DNA of 64,000 nt from an uncultured Candidatus Poseidoniales archaeon (GTDB lineage Archaea; Thermoplasmatota; Poseidoniia; Poseidoniales; Thalassarchaeaceae). The stretch is taken from contig CAWVXH010000005.1 in the NCBI GenBank assembly GCA_963934165.1, forward strand, positions 8,910 through 72,909, in the 5' to 3' direction. This document shows positions 34,573 through 45,229 of this stretch, piece after piece; within the stretch, counting starts at the first letter, position 1, and the number at the start of each line of letters is the position of its first letter. The notes under the pieces are model-generated. The model ran no database searches, was not told the origin of the DNA, and saw only the letters and a program-made list of their open reading frames with translations. A program made the position numbers and the translations under genes.

Positions 34573-36942
34573 TCAGCGAGAGCGCATCTGATCTATCTGT
34601 GCTTGTGACCAGCCAGAAGCGAGCAATTGCTCATCAGTGTAAAGGGCTGCAGGATTTGTCGCAACATGGTGAGTGTGATCTTGTGGAAGAGATTCAGCAG
34701 ACTTACCTTTGCCTTTTCTCATCATCAAGATTGTTCCAGCTAATAGCCCGATTAATACTATTGCAATTAACGAGATATCGATGATCATATCGGTCGAAGT
34801 TTGCCAACGAGAAATGCTTGGATATTCATCAGAATTATCTCCAGTCCCATCATTATCAGAATCTTTTGACTCAGACGAATCTAGTGGAAATGCATCATCT
34901 CCATCTAGAACTCCATCAGAATCAGAATCAGCAAGTAAAGAATTTGTGCCGATAGCGATTTCATCGACATCACTCAATCCGTCATTGTCGTCATCTAAAT
35001 CGGCTTCATTACCGATTCCATCGCCATCGCTATCGAGATGTTCTCCTGCATCAAATGGGAATGCATCTTCATCATCGACATATCCATCATTATCATCGTC
35101 GGGATCGATTCCGTCGCAGAGCATATCGTCATCATTATCCGCAGGCGTGACTGATGCATCCAATGAATCGCCACCGCAAGATTCCTCGTCCGTATCCAGC
35201 CAGCCATCGCCATCATCATCCAAATCTGCATTATCGCCGATTCCATCCTCATCGACATCTGCCCATTCACTTGAATCGAGTGGGAATTTATCAAATCCAT
35301 CAGTCCACTTATCACCATCGTCATCGATGTCAACAGCATTGCACAAAGAATCACCATCAGTATCAATTGGATAACTCTCGGCATCAAATTGATCTGTACT
35401 GCAATCAATCTCATCTGAATCAAGCCACAAATCATTATCATCATCAGTATCAGCATTATCGCCAATCTCATCTGAATCGTAATCAGCCCATTCCGAACTA
35501 TCACGGGGGAACATATCCTCACCGTCATCATATCCATCGCCATCATCATCAGTATCGAGGGCATCACACTCGCCATCACCGTCTAAGTCAACTGGAAACT
35601 CTAAGGAATTGAGTGGGTCGGTACCACAATCTGTTTCTAGAGTATCAAGGGCGCCATCATTATCATCATCAGTGTCGGCATTATTGCCAATTCCATCTGA
35701 ATCTGAATCATCCCATTCCGAACTATCCAGAGGGAAGTCATCCTCCAAATCTCTGAACCCATCATTGTCATCATCGGAATCAATTTCATTACAAGTTCCG
35801 TCGCCATCAGTATCAATCGGGTAACTTGACTGATCATACTGATCGGTTTTACAATCAATTTCATCATCATCGAGAGCACCATCATTATCATCATCTGTAT
35901 CTGCGTTATCGCCGATACCATCGAGGTCAAAATCGCTGCATTCTGTAGAATCTTCAGGGAATGAATCAGTCTCATCAGGACAACCATCACCATCGGTATC
36001 GACTATAGGTACACCTTGATGATTCCACATCAACATCTCGACTAAATCAGTGCCGTTTTCTGCATCAAAATACATTCCAACTGCACTGCCCCATTCTGAA
36101 TAAAGATATTTTCCAAGTAATTCACCAGTGGAACCATCATCTGTGATATTGTGAATATCGATTTCCATCACTTGAATACTGGTCGGTGAAGAACCACCTT
36201 CAGCTTCATTATAGCCATCAAATTCATTCCAAAAGGTTTGAACTCCGGTGAAAGAAACATTTTCCCAATAATAATCCATGCCATTATCTTCGTATCTAGA
36301 GCCGTTTTCATCGATTTCCACATATGTTGAATTTTCCCAATTTTCTGATTGAATTATGAATGATTCTCCAGTTCGAAGAATATCTTGAGCACCGATTTCC
36401 CAAAACGTAGTCGTTGTATTCTCCCAAATTTCTACTGCCTCTGTTCCACCAAGCATTCCAAAATCGTAGACAGAATCTTCATAATATTCTTCAACAATTT
36501 CTCGCCAATCGCCGCTGATAGGTCGATATAGAGATTCATTGACCGACTGATTTATGTCGAATCTAACCGAATATGTTGTGTTAATTAGAGTGAAGTCCAG
36601 ACCCATCCGGAATTCTCGAACATGACAATCACCTGAATAGTTTCCAAAATTGCAAGGTTCGTCAGACAAATAGTAGAATCCTGAATCGATGCGATACGAA
36701 TTCAGGATAACTTGATCCCAGAATTCATCTTCCTCTACATCTTCTTTAGTCAAAGCGCCGATTTGTGCACCATCTAACTGAACATAATCACCAGGTTCGT
36801 GAGTCCAGGTGAGATTTACTTCAATCTCAGGAGGTAATGGATCATCAGCAACAACATTGGTTGGGATCATCATCGAAAGAAAAAATAAGGCTATCAAAAT
36901 GTGGGAGATTCTACGGAACACAGTGATATTGCTAGCACCCAA
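34573..36942 (-). CDS. secreted, C-terminally membrane-anchored surface protein with thrombospondin-type-3-like Ca-binding repeats
   Basis: 789 aa. Signal/TM at the N-terminus, many DxDxDGxxDxxD units (DTDGDG.C, DSDGIGDNADTDDDNDG), a TM at IIDISLIAIVLIGLLAGTILMM, and a short cytoplasmic tail. Confidence 0.8.
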   Translation of the reverse strand: MGASNITVFRRISHILIALFFLSMMIPTNVVADDPLPPEIEVNLTWTHEPGDYVQLDGAQIGALTKEDVEEDEFWDQVILNSYRIDSGFYYLSDEPCNFGNYSGDCHVREFRMGLDFTLINTTYSVRFDINQSVNESLYRPISGDWREIVEEYYEDSVYDFGMLGGTEAVEIWENTTTTFWEIGAQDILRTGESFIIQSENWENSTYVEIDENGSRYEDNGMDYYWENVSFTGVQTFWNEFDGYNEAEGGSSPTSIQVMEIDIHNITDDGSTGELLGKYLYSEWGSAVGMYFDAENGTDLVEMLMWNHQGVPIVDTDGDGCPDETDSFPEDSTECSDFDLDGIGDNADTDDDNDGALDDDEIDCKTDQYDQSSYPIDTDGDGTCNEIDSDDDNDGFRDLEDDFPLDSSEWDDSDSDGIGNNADTDDDNDGALDTLETDCGTDPLNSLEFPVDLDGDGECDALDTDDDGDGYDDGEDMFPRDSSEWADYDSDEIGDNADTDDDNDLWLDSDEIDCSTDQFDAESYPIDTDGDSLCNAVDIDDDGDKWTDGFDKFPLDSSEWADVDEDGIGDNADLDDDGDGWLDTDEESCGGDSLDASVTPADNDDDMLCDGIDPDDDNDGYVDDEDAFPFDAGEHLDSDGDGIGNEADLDDDNDGLSDVDEIAIGTNSLLADSDSDGVLDGDDAFPLDSSESKDSDNDGTGDNSDEYPSISRWQTSTDMIIDISLIAIVLIGLLAGTILMMRKGKGKSAESLPQDHTHHVATNPAALYTDEQLLASGWSQAQIDQMRSR
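34842..35997 (-). repeat. coding super-repeat (about 60-65 aa unit, at least 4 full copies) of paired TSP3-like Asp-rich motifs
   Basis: Unit: DTDGDG.C...D.DDDNDG..D..D.FP.DSSEW.D.D.DGIGDNADTDDDNDG.LD..E..C..D. It generates long spurious ORFs in other frames. Confidence 0.75.
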
Positions 36943-37012
36943 CCTATATTGTGGTTTGGACTTCGCGAATATTTTAAAATTGAAAAATATTATCTTTTCA
37001 ATAGCCTATATT

Positions 37013-40000
37013 TTACTCTAATTCAGAATTTTTTAGAGTAATCGCAATTCCGGTAATTGCGAGCATTGTGAGCAGGATTAAAACTCCCCAAATAAGCGCT
37101 GTTGTCATTTTTGCTGTCCAAAATGTACTACTGGTTTCAGAATCTGTTTTCTCTAGATTCAAAACCACTTGTTGGTCTTCTTCAGCAGTAGTTGAGAGAT
37201 AGATATCGGTTCCTCGAATCAGAATTGTCATTTTACCTTCAGGCAAGCTCGACCTCGCATCGACAGATAGGGTGTAAATTCCATCTGAAGCAATTCTGTC
37301 GCCACCAGTTCCATCGTCAACCATCAAAAGCCATTGCTCAGATTGGCCGATAGGTGCAAGCCGGCCAATTTTTGCTTGGACCGAGGATATTCCATCAGGG
37401 TCGTCGATTAAGACTTCAATTAGTTGGGAAATAGGTGAGCCATCTTCTGGGACTGCGATATTTTCGCGAACTTCGCCGTTTCGATAAATCGATATTATAT
37501 CAGCTATAGGTGCCTCATTCAAAATCGTTAATTGAGGTGCATCAAATATCTTTCCATACATACTAATAGAATGCGAAAGCCTAGATGCTCCATCCAAATC
37601 AATTAGGCGAATAGGTAAGAAAACATCTCCTGGAATCATGCCGTTGGCGACAGTAAATTCTCCCTCCCAAATTGGTGGCTCGATTTCTGCATCAGATTGG
37701 ATTAGTGAAATTACTTCACCACCAAAACCGAGTAGATCAACCGAAATTGAATCCACTCCATGGCCATCGATGGCTTGAACCGAAATCGATACTGAATCAC
37801 CTCGATGTACAATACTTGGGCTCAATTGCAATGAAACCATTCGCGGTGCAGGATTCTCGATATTTAGAACCGCCATTTCAGAAACTTGAGTCCAATAATC
37901 TCGAATTTCGACCTCAACATTTTCGGTACCATAAACCAAACCTGTTGCTTCGATTGCGGCTGTCCAAATATCATCGTGGATGACAAGATCACCAAAAAGT
38001 CCTCTATCAGAAAGTTGGACGATGCCCATACCATATGTGGTCAAATCCACCTCTACTTGTTGAACATCGGCATCGACATCTTCGATTACAGCCTCAAGGT
38101 GAGCCAAACCCCCTTCGGCGTAAAGAACGCCTTCACGAAAACGTAACTCGATTAATGTCGGTTCAGTATTTTCGTCGGAAGTAATAATCAGAGGAAAGTG
38201 AATCCTCTCGAGGGTTTGATTTTCAACAAGATAACTACCAACCGTATCATCAATTGTTATTACTCGCCTAACTTCATCGATCAAACCAGCAAGTATTCCT
38301 TCATTAATGACCGTCCCATTAGCCCAACTATTTCCATCATACATTCCTTTCCAATTCATCACCTCGACCTGATGTCCATCGACTGTTGAAGAACCAATTG
38401 ATTCGGCGGTCACATGCAAATTAATTTCATTTTCAAGAAGCCAAAAAGTATCACCCTCAATCAAGATTTCTGGTGCAGCTCCTGATTCGCGGGTGATTGG
38501 CGTTGCATTTGCACTGGAAGAAATCGGAGGATCTGGTTCAGAAGGAATTGGTGAGTATTCGGGATACTCATCAAAGGTGCCGTTTTCTTCAACATATTCG
38601 TAACGAATTGTTGGTGAATGCCAATCGGATTGTGGAACTGTATATTCGAATGTCAAATTGTGTTCTGCCTGAAATTCTTGGTCGATAGGCCCTATAGGGG
38701 TTGCTGAAACATTGAACCAATATTCATTGTAAATTTTGTTAACTTCAAAATAATTCCCACTCGCATTCTGTTCAGTCGTCCTATCATCGATAAATCGAAT
38801 CACCCCAAAAGTACCTGACGCATCACCATCATATTCACCATCAACACGAATTTTATCTGCGATTATTAAGCCATTACGATCTTCGTAATGTACCTTATCA
38901 ATCGTCCCATTTACAACGATATAAGGTTGGGACTCTGATGCGACAAATCCAAATTCGCCCTCTCCAACATACTTCACAAGGCGTTCTTCTTGAACACCGT
39001 AAACCCATTTGTCATTCATGCGGAATTCTTCTAATTCAAGCTCCGCATAATCACCATCTCCCATTTGTATTTGTAACGTCATTTGAGCAATTAATTTGGT
39101 TTCTTGTAAAGTTCGCTCACCATTAAAATCCTCATATTCAAAGAAAAATATTGGAACTATTCCAGATCCGGACATCGACTCATTTCCATCATCGGAATTG
39201 AAGGTTATCAAGCCATTTCCATTCAATAACAGTTGCTCACTCAAATCACCATTTGCCAATGTTCGATTATAAATTGCATCAGTAACATCGATTTGAACAG
39301 CAATGGATTGGGAGTTGTTTTCAGTGAAAAACATCGAACCATTTCCAACCATTTCGAATTCTTGATTTAGCAATTCTTGATCGAGATAGGTTTCATTTAA
39401 CCAAACCTTATCAAGAGCCAAATAGAGTTGAATGGAGGTGTCGTCTTCAAACGAATTAACCGACAAAAAACCAGTGCCAAGTTCATTAGAAATCAGTGTA
39501 GATCCGATGCGTTGTTGCCAACCTCGGCCGTTGAATTCAAGTTCAACGTAGGAAGTTCTCTCACTATCGTTAGCGGAATCTATGTTTCCAGAACTCCAAG
39601 TTGTATTTCGGGTAATTTCATGGTCAGCAATAGGTTGATTCCAATTTGTAATACGCAATTCTCTACTACAAATAGCACCTTCTGTCATAACAGAAATCTC
39701 AATTTCATCACCAAACTCTGGTTCTTCAGCGAGCGTGATATCTATTTCTCCGCCAGCAATGAGAATATCAGATGAGCTACTGTCACCTACGATTATTTCA
39801 TCTCGTTGATGTAATAGGGTCACATTAACCTCACTTGGAGAGGATCCATTCGAAAATGCAGGTTCAAATTCAACACGATATCGATGGATTAATTCCCATT
39901 CTGCATGAAGAATGTCTCCGTTCTCGTTTGGAACTGAAATCAAATCTCCTCTACCCCAATCGACAAAGATCGTACATTCTCGGCCACTGGAATGATCGTT

Positions 40001-40075
40001 CGCAGCCACCATCCCTGCCGGGCCGGTAAGAAGCAACATGCAGAGCACGAGAAGCGTGAGCGATTGGCGAGGCAC
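37013..40075 (-). CDS. large secreted surface protein with a C-terminal TM anchor
   Basis: 1020 aa. N-terminal signal peptide LLVLCMLLLTGPAGMVAAND, many N-x-S/T sequons, an Ig-like beta-rich C-terminal half, and a terminal TM LIWGVLILLTMLAITGIAITL. Confidence 0.65.
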   Translation of the reverse strand: MPRQSLTLLVLCMLLLTGPAGMVAANDHSSGRECTIFVDWGRGDLISVPNENGDILHAEWELIHRYRVEFEPAFSNGSSPSEVNVTLLHQRDEIIVGDSSSSDILIAGGEIDITLAEEPEFGDEIEISVMTEGAICSRELRITNWNQPIADHEITRNTTWSSGNIDSANDSERTSYVELEFNGRGWQQRIGSTLISNELGTGFLSVNSFEDDTSIQLYLALDKVWLNETYLDQELLNQEFEMVGNGSMFFTENNSQSIAVQIDVTDAIYNRTLANGDLSEQLLLNGNGLITFNSDDGNESMSGSGIVPIFFFEYEDFNGERTLQETKLIAQMTLQIQMGDGDYAELELEEFRMNDKWVYGVQEERLVKYVGEGEFGFVASESQPYIVVNGTIDKVHYEDRNGLIIADKIRVDGEYDGDASGTFGVIRFIDDRTTEQNASGNYFEVNKIYNEYWFNVSATPIGPIDQEFQAEHNLTFEYTVPQSDWHSPTIRYEYVEENGTFDEYPEYSPIPSEPDPPISSSANATPITRESGAAPEILIEGDTFWLLENEINLHVTAESIGSSTVDGHQVEVMNWKGMYDGNSWANGTVINEGILAGLIDEVRRVITIDDTVGSYLVENQTLERIHFPLIITSDENTEPTLIELRFREGVLYAEGGLAHLEAVIEDVDADVQQVEVDLTTYGMGIVQLSDRGLFGDLVIHDDIWTAAIEATGLVYGTENVEVEIRDYWTQVSEMAVLNIENPAPRMVSLQLSPSIVHRGDSVSISVQAIDGHGVDSISVDLLGFGGEVISLIQSDAEIEPPIWEGEFTVANGMIPGDVFLPIRLIDLDGASRLSHSISMYGKIFDAPQLTILNEAPIADIISIYRNGEVRENIAVPEDGSPISQLIEVLIDDPDGISSVQAKIGRLAPIGQSEQWLLMVDDGTGGDRIASDGIYTLSVDARSSLPEGKMTILIRGTDIYLSTTAEEDQQVVLNLEKTDSETSSTFWTAKMTTALIWGVLILLTMLAITGIAITLKNSELE

Positions 40076-40162
40076 AAGCCGTGCCTTTGTTCATCTAATT
40101 TCAATCACACTCATTGATGATTTAATGAAACAAGCGACAATAGTCAAGAATAAATGAGAAAA

Positions 40163-40579
40163 TTAGAACAATGGTTCTTCCCAATCGTCGTCTTGACCGG
40201 ACCTTTCACGCCATAATTCACGAGGCATATCGTTGTATATTCCAGCATAAGGGTCGACATCTACAGACTTCTTCTCACGTGATTCCATAGCCGAAAGAGC
40301 GAAAGCTTCTGCCGATGATTTAAATTTCCAATAATGAATGCGCCATTCTCGTCCATCCCAAAGTGTGGTTTCTTCCGACTCGGTCGTCAATAAATCATAA
40401 TCTTGTAATTGATAGAACAAATTTCGATCTGTAGGTTCGAGAGCATTATCGATAATTCGATTTGAGAAGCCGAAAAATCCCAATGCATGCTCAGCGATTG
40501 ACTCGGCGACAATCACTTCCATGTCCTCGTCGACCTTACGACGAATCGCCTGAGTGAGTTGTGCTAGTGTTAGACCCAT
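40163..40579 (-). CDS. hypothetical acidic cytoplasmic protein
   Basis: 138-aa ORF with normal-looking composition. No motif recognised. Confidence 0.45.
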   Translation of the reverse strand: MGLTLAQLTQAIRRKVDEDMEVIVAESIAEHALGFFGFSNRIIDNALEPTDRNLFYQLQDYDLLTTESEETTLWDGREWRIHYWKFKSSAEAFALSAMESREKKSVDVDPYAGIYNDMPRELWRERSGQDDDWEEPLF

Positions 40580-40701
40580 TCACTCCGCTCCAGTAGTGCA
40601 TATATGCAAGGGTGTGACTTATCAACCATCCTTTACTGTATCCTGAAATTTTGATTTAGTATCCCGAAGTGGTTAATGGAAGCCAATGATTCGACAGCCG
40701 C

Positions 40702-41640
40702 ATGGATGGCGAAACTACCCTCACGTTTCTTGGGCTTGAGGAGCCCGAATTCGCTCCCTGGGACGTCGTATTTTTACCAATTCCGTTCGAAATGACGACT
40801 AGTTACAGAGAAGGGACTGAGTTTGGTCCTGCTGCTTGTATCGAGGCATCATCCCAAGTCGAGCTTTTTGATTCAATTTTGCCTTCAGAATTGCCTTGTG
40901 GGATGAGAATTCATACCACTACGCCTTGGTCGAGTGAGTCTCCAACATTATTAGACTCACTCGATTCTATTCGAGATTATGTTGCACCTTGGATGAATGG
41001 AGAACAATTTCCAATCGTTCTCGGCGGAGAACACGGTATACTTCCACCGTTAATGAGGGCTGCTTCAGGCCATCCCGCTCTCGCTGGTGACCTATCAAAA
41101 TTGACACTCGTTCAAATCGATGCGCATGCAGATTTACGCGATAAATTGAACGAAGAGCGTTTTTCTCATGGCACCGTAATTCGTCGCTCATTAGACGCGG
41201 GTGTAGGGAAAGTAATCCAAATTGGAGTGCGTGCTTATTGTGAAGAAGAAGCTGAGTTTATTGAATCAGATGAGCGTGTCGAAACTTGGTTTGCAAAAGA
41301 TCTTTTCTCGAACATAAATAACAAAGCAGGATGGAAAAATTTGATCCAGCGAATTTGTGATATCGAAGGTGCAATTTGGCTAACATTCGATATCGACGGG
41401 CTCGATGGCTCCCTAGTCCCTGCAACTGGAACTCCAGTTCCGGGTGGACTTTCCCATTGGGGAGCTGTTGAAATAATCGAGAAACTCTTCTCGAACAAAT
41501 CTGCGAATGTTATCGGAGCCGATGTCAATGAAATTTCAACTTCTGAAGGGACTAATCTGACCGAATTTTCTGCAGCTCTAGTCGCAACGAAAATTCTAGC
41601 AGCCCATATTGCAGCAACTCTTGCACAGATTGGCGAATGA
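40702..41640 (+). CDS. speB: agmatinase / ureohydrolase family protein
   Basis: 312 aa. Mn-binding motifs LGGEHGI, QIDAHADLRD and LTFDIDGLDGS. Confidence 0.85.
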   Translation: MDGETTLTFLGLEEPEFAPWDVVFLPIPFEMTTSYREGTEFGPAACIEASSQVELFDSILPSELPCGMRIHTTTPWSSESPTLLDSLDSIRDYVAPWMNGEQFPIVLGGEHGILPPLMRAASGHPALAGDLSKLTLVQIDAHADLRDKLNEERFSHGTVIRRSLDAGVGKVIQIGVRAYCEEEAEFIESDERVETWFAKDLFSNINNKAGWKNLIQRICDIEGAIWLTFDIDGLDGSLVPATGTPVPGGLSHWGAVEIIEKLFSNKSANVIGADVNEISTSEGTNLTEFSAALVATKILAAHIAATLAQIGE

Positions 41641-43100
41641 TTCAACATCAAACACTGACTAGCGGCGCTATGCGCCGCTCAGCAGCAATCATCATTCTCA
41701 CCTCATTGTTGCTAGCTTCAGCAGCGCCGGTTGCAACAGCACAGATTGGTCAGCCGGACATCATCCAGGAGCACTGGTATCATTCCTATGCAACACTGAC
41801 CTTGGATGTCAATGCATGGGCTGATGACTATCCGGAAATCGTCAATTTGTCCGTCGTGGGGCAAACGGAAATGGGCAGAAACCTCTGGATGTTACAGATC
41901 TCGGATTGGAGTCAGGAAATCAAGCCCGATGGGACTGCCAAAGAGGTGGTTTACATCGACGGTGGGCACCATGGGAATGAGCATCTGGGCACGGAGCTTG
42001 CTTTCCTGGTTGCCGATTATTACATCGAGGGATGGGCAGATGGCGAGCAAGAGGTACTCGATGTATTGGCGACTACGGAATTGCATATACTCATCATGTT
42101 GAATGCAGACGGCAATGACTTCGATACTAGATGGAATGTCAACCAAGTGGACCTGAATAGAAACTACGATCACTACTGGAATACCTGCGATTCGACCCAG
42201 CCCGGGAGTGCTGCGTTCAGCGAATCAGAGACTCTCGCGAATTCGATTTACATGAACGAGGTCGTTCCTCATGCCGACCTGTACATCACCATGCACACAG
42301 GAGTCTGGATCATGCTCTACCCATGGGGCAAGTGGCCTGAGCAGCCCTCAGACTGGGAGATGTTCCATTTCATCAGAGATGATGTGCATGCCAACATATC
42401 CGACATCCCGATTCGGAATGCGAACCAAGGCCTCTACCCAAACTGTGGGACCAGCCGCGATTACGGCTACGGGGTTATGGGGTACCCCACATTCACCTTC
42501 GAGACCGATGATGAGCAATTCCTGCTGGGGACAGTAGAGGCCCTCTCGGACAGATTGGGCGAGGAGCTCGATGTGATGAGGTATCTGATTCAGAATGTAT
42601 GGTACTGGAGGGCTCGTCTTGTTGTCGATTCCCTAGAGGTGGAAGATGGGAAAGTGCATCTTAGCGTTTCTAACCTAGGACACGCGAGCACGTCGAATGC
42701 CACACTGCTGTACTTCGAGGACAAAGATTCGCTGGAATTTTGGCTCCCTGGGTCGGATGAACCGACCGAAGTGACAGGGGCGATGGATATACAGGAGAGG
42801 GAATCAGACTTCAACTTCTCCACCCCAGGATACGGCTTCGCAGTCAATGCCACAAATAGCACCGTCACAACACTCGATTTTACAGGTGCTCCAATTTCCA
42901 GCGGCGAAGGAATTTGGGTCCTGTACTACCAGAAGAGAGTGGTAGATTCCTCGATGTGGGTCGGTGAAGCGGTCAACGAGAGCGTCGTGGATATGGAGGC
43001 TGACGACTTCGGCCTGCTTCCGGCCCCTTCGATGCTGCTTGTCTTCGTCGCCTTCGCTCTAGCGGTGATAAACAGCCAAAATCGCAAGTTTGAGCAATAA
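41637..43100 (+). CDS. M14-family zinc carboxypeptidase, secreted with a C-terminal TM anchor
   Basis: 487 aa. Signal peptide, GGHHGNEHLG (HxxE), NADGNDF, DLNRNY, MHTG, and C-terminal LLPAPSMLLVFVAFALAVI. Start overlaps the agmatinase stop (ATGA). Confidence 0.85.
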   Translation: MIQHQTLTSGAMRRSAAIIILTSLLLASAAPVATAQIGQPDIIQEHWYHSYATLTLDVNAWADDYPEIVNLSVVGQTEMGRNLWMLQISDWSQEIKPDGTAKEVVYIDGGHHGNEHLGTELAFLVADYYIEGWADGEQEVLDVLATTELHILIMLNADGNDFDTRWNVNQVDLNRNYDHYWNTCDSTQPGSAAFSESETLANSIYMNEVVPHADLYITMHTGVWIMLYPWGKWPEQPSDWEMFHFIRDDVHANISDIPIRNANQGLYPNCGTSRDYGYGVMGYPTFTFETDDEQFLLGTVEALSDRLGEELDVMRYLIQNVWYWRARLVVDSLEVEDGKVHLSVSNLGHASTSNATLLYFEDKDSLEFWLPGSDEPTEVTGAMDIQERESDFNFSTPGYGFAVNATNSTVTTLDFTGAPISSGEGIWVLYYQKRVVDSSMWVGEAVNESVVDMEADDFGLLPAPSMLLVFVAFALAVINSQNRKFEQ

Positions 43101-43352
43101 TTACTTATTTTATTTTTGAAAATAGCCTCGAAACTTCATCTTTCAAAGGCAATTCTTTGTATATCACTACCGAATCGGAGGCTTCGGCGATATTCATGGA
43201 ATTATTGCAATATTTGCTGGTGTAATTAACCATCGGAAAATCAATATTTCTGAGAGGAAATGAGATTTGTTCAGGAAAAAATACGATTAATGTAGTTTTT
43301 CAATAGCAATCCTTTGTAAAGCAGGCCATTACCCGCAGGTTTAGTGGAAGTC

Positions 43353-44864
43353 ATGAAAACAAACGTAAGCGCATTTAATAAACCTGGAGACATAATGATT
43401 ATTCCCGTTTTCGAAGGAATTAACAAGGCCCCAAATCATTCTACATCGGGCCTTGGTCGCGGCGCAAGTATCCCTGTGAAAGCCGCGGCAGCAAGTGAGG
43501 CATGTTCGGGCAAACTAGGAAAATCACTCAATGTTTGGACCGATGGTTGCCTAGTGATTTTCGTCGGTGTCGGAGATGCTAGAAAATTAACTCACAAAAC
43601 CGCTAGAGACACCGGCGCGAAAACTTTTGCAAAATTATCAAAAAGGTATGGAACAAATGTATCAATTCGTTTTACATCCGGTTGGAAAACCGATATGATG
43701 GCAGCATTTACTGAAGGGATGATTCTCAGAGATTACAAATTTGACAAATATCAGAAGCAAGATGAAGAGAAAGAAGACGAGGGTGAATGGTCTCTTGATT
43801 GTCAAACTTCAGACCGTCACCTCGAATTGCTTGCTGCAGCGGTTGCAAAATCAGTTGCAGTAGCAACTGGAGTTCACATCGCTCGCGACCTCGGAAACGA
43901 GCCAGCGAACAAACTCTACCCTGAAGAATATGGTGTCAGAGCACTCGCATGGGCGGAAGGAAAAGCGAATGTCGAGGTTGAAGTTTGGGATTATGCCCGA
44001 CTTCAAAAAGAAGGGATGCACGGCCTTATTGCAGTAGGAAAGGGAAGCATACACAAACCATGCATGGTCTTTTTCAGACTAAATCCCAATGCTCAGAAAG
44101 ATGACCAGGTTCCGTGTATAGTTGGTAAAGGGATCACTTTTGATTCAGGTGGCATTTCGATTAAGGGTAGTGCTGGTATGGATGAGATGAAACTCGATAT
44201 GCATGGTGCTGCTACCGTTTTCGGTTTATTCCAAGCACTGCATGCAACCGGTTACAATGGACGAGTCAACGGTATTGCTTGCATGGCAGAGAACATGCTT
44301 AGTGCTGAGGCATACCGACCAGGAGATGTCATTGATACCTACTCTGGTAAGACAATCGAGGTTCTCAATACCGATGCTGAAGGTCGCAATGTTCTCGCTG
44401 ATGGTCTTTGGAAGGCAGGCGAATTAAATCCTTCATATATTGTCGATTTAGCAACACTAACTGGTTCAATTGTCGTTGCTCTTGGACATGAAGCAACAGG
44501 ACTATTCTCCAATAATGCTTCATTGACAAAGAGATTGCAAGAGGTAGGTGATTCTGAAGATGAAATCGCTTGGCCTATGCCCCTATTACCGGCTTTTGAG
44601 AAGCAAATGACCTCATCCAAGATTGCGGATGTTCGAAATCAAGGCAAAGGCCGTTGGGGTGGTGCCAGTCAAGCTGCAGGTTTCCTGAAACAATTTGTTC
44701 AGGAACGTCCTGATGCTGATGGGATTAAGTCTCAGATTCCTTGGGCGCATTTGGACATAGCCGGGACTGCTGGCATTTGGGCCACTACAACAAATCCCCT
44801 CGTAGGACATGGGGCAACAGGAATTCAGGTTCGCGCTTTGCACCGACTAATTACAGAATATTGA
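43353..44864 (+). CDS. pepA: leucyl aminopeptidase (M17, PepA)
   Basis: Motifs VGKGITFDSGGISIK and NTDAEGRNVLAD (M17 signature). The track ORF starts at GTG 43344; ATG 43353 is likelier. Confidence 0.88.
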   Translation: MKTNVSAFNKPGDIMIIPVFEGINKAPNHSTSGLGRGASIPVKAAAASEACSGKLGKSLNVWTDGCLVIFVGVGDARKLTHKTARDTGAKTFAKLSKRYGTNVSIRFTSGWKTDMMAAFTEGMILRDYKFDKYQKQDEEKEDEGEWSLDCQTSDRHLELLAAAVAKSVAVATGVHIARDLGNEPANKLYPEEYGVRALAWAEGKANVEVEVWDYARLQKEGMHGLIAVGKGSIHKPCMVFFRLNPNAQKDDQVPCIVGKGITFDSGGISIKGSAGMDEMKLDMHGAATVFGLFQALHATGYNGRVNGIACMAENMLSAEAYRPGDVIDTYSGKTIEVLNTDAEGRNVLADGLWKAGELNPSYIVDLATLTGSIVVALGHEATGLFSNNASLTKRLQEVGDSEDEIAWPMPLLPAFEKQMTSSKIADVRNQGKGRWGGASQAAGFLKQFVQERPDADGIKSQIPWAHLDIAGTAGIWATTTNPLVGHGATGIQVRALHRLITEY

Positions 44865-44950
44865 GTCTAGCCAACCAATTCGTAGCCGAAAAATAACAAG
44901 ATTACGACTACGATTGATATCATGCGTTGCAAATGGAGTAATCGCGTAAT

Positions 44951-45229
44951 TTAATTTTCAAAGTCTACATCCTCTTCAACGACAATCGATTTTGAAGAAA
45001 GGGGTTCTTGAGGAATGAATAGCCAAAGAACACCATAAATCAACAAACCTGGGAAGATCCCTGAAAGGAGTGTTCCAATCACATATACAGCTCTAGTTAG
45101 AGTATTATCGAATCCATATCGGTTAGCAAACGCAGCACAAACACCGAAGATAATTCGACCATTTCGTGGTCGGAAAAGTGGTTTAACACCCGTCTTAATT
45201 TTCTTCAGCGATTCGCTCATCAAATTCAC
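44951..45229 (-). CDS. PspC-domain membrane protein
   Basis: 92 aa. [32 protein letters not shown] is a PspC-domain pattern followed by a TM. GTG start overlaps the dnaK stop; ATG 45220 is an alternative. Confidence 0.65.
   Translation of the reverse strand: MNLMSESLKKIKTGVKPLFRPRNGRIIFGVCAAFANRYGFDNTLTRAVYVIGTLLSGIFPGLLIYGVLWLFIPQEPLSSKSIVVEEDVDFEN

Noticed and set aside
34709-35993. Long ORFs 34709-35374 (+), 34995-35579 (-), 35154-35612 (+), 35609-35824 (+) and 35637-35993 (-)
   Set aside because: Ser-rich, His-rich or Met/Ile-rich translations are frame-shifted or antisense shadows of the GAY-rich Asp-repeat coding sequence of the 789-aa TSP3 protein. The same holds for 58246-58698, 58279-58578 and 58308-58793.
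34842-35997. Regularly spaced repeats as a possible CRISPR array
   Set aside because: The repeats are in frame within a long ORF and degenerate at the nucleotide level. They encode Ca-binding Asp motifs, and there are no unique spacers of constant length.
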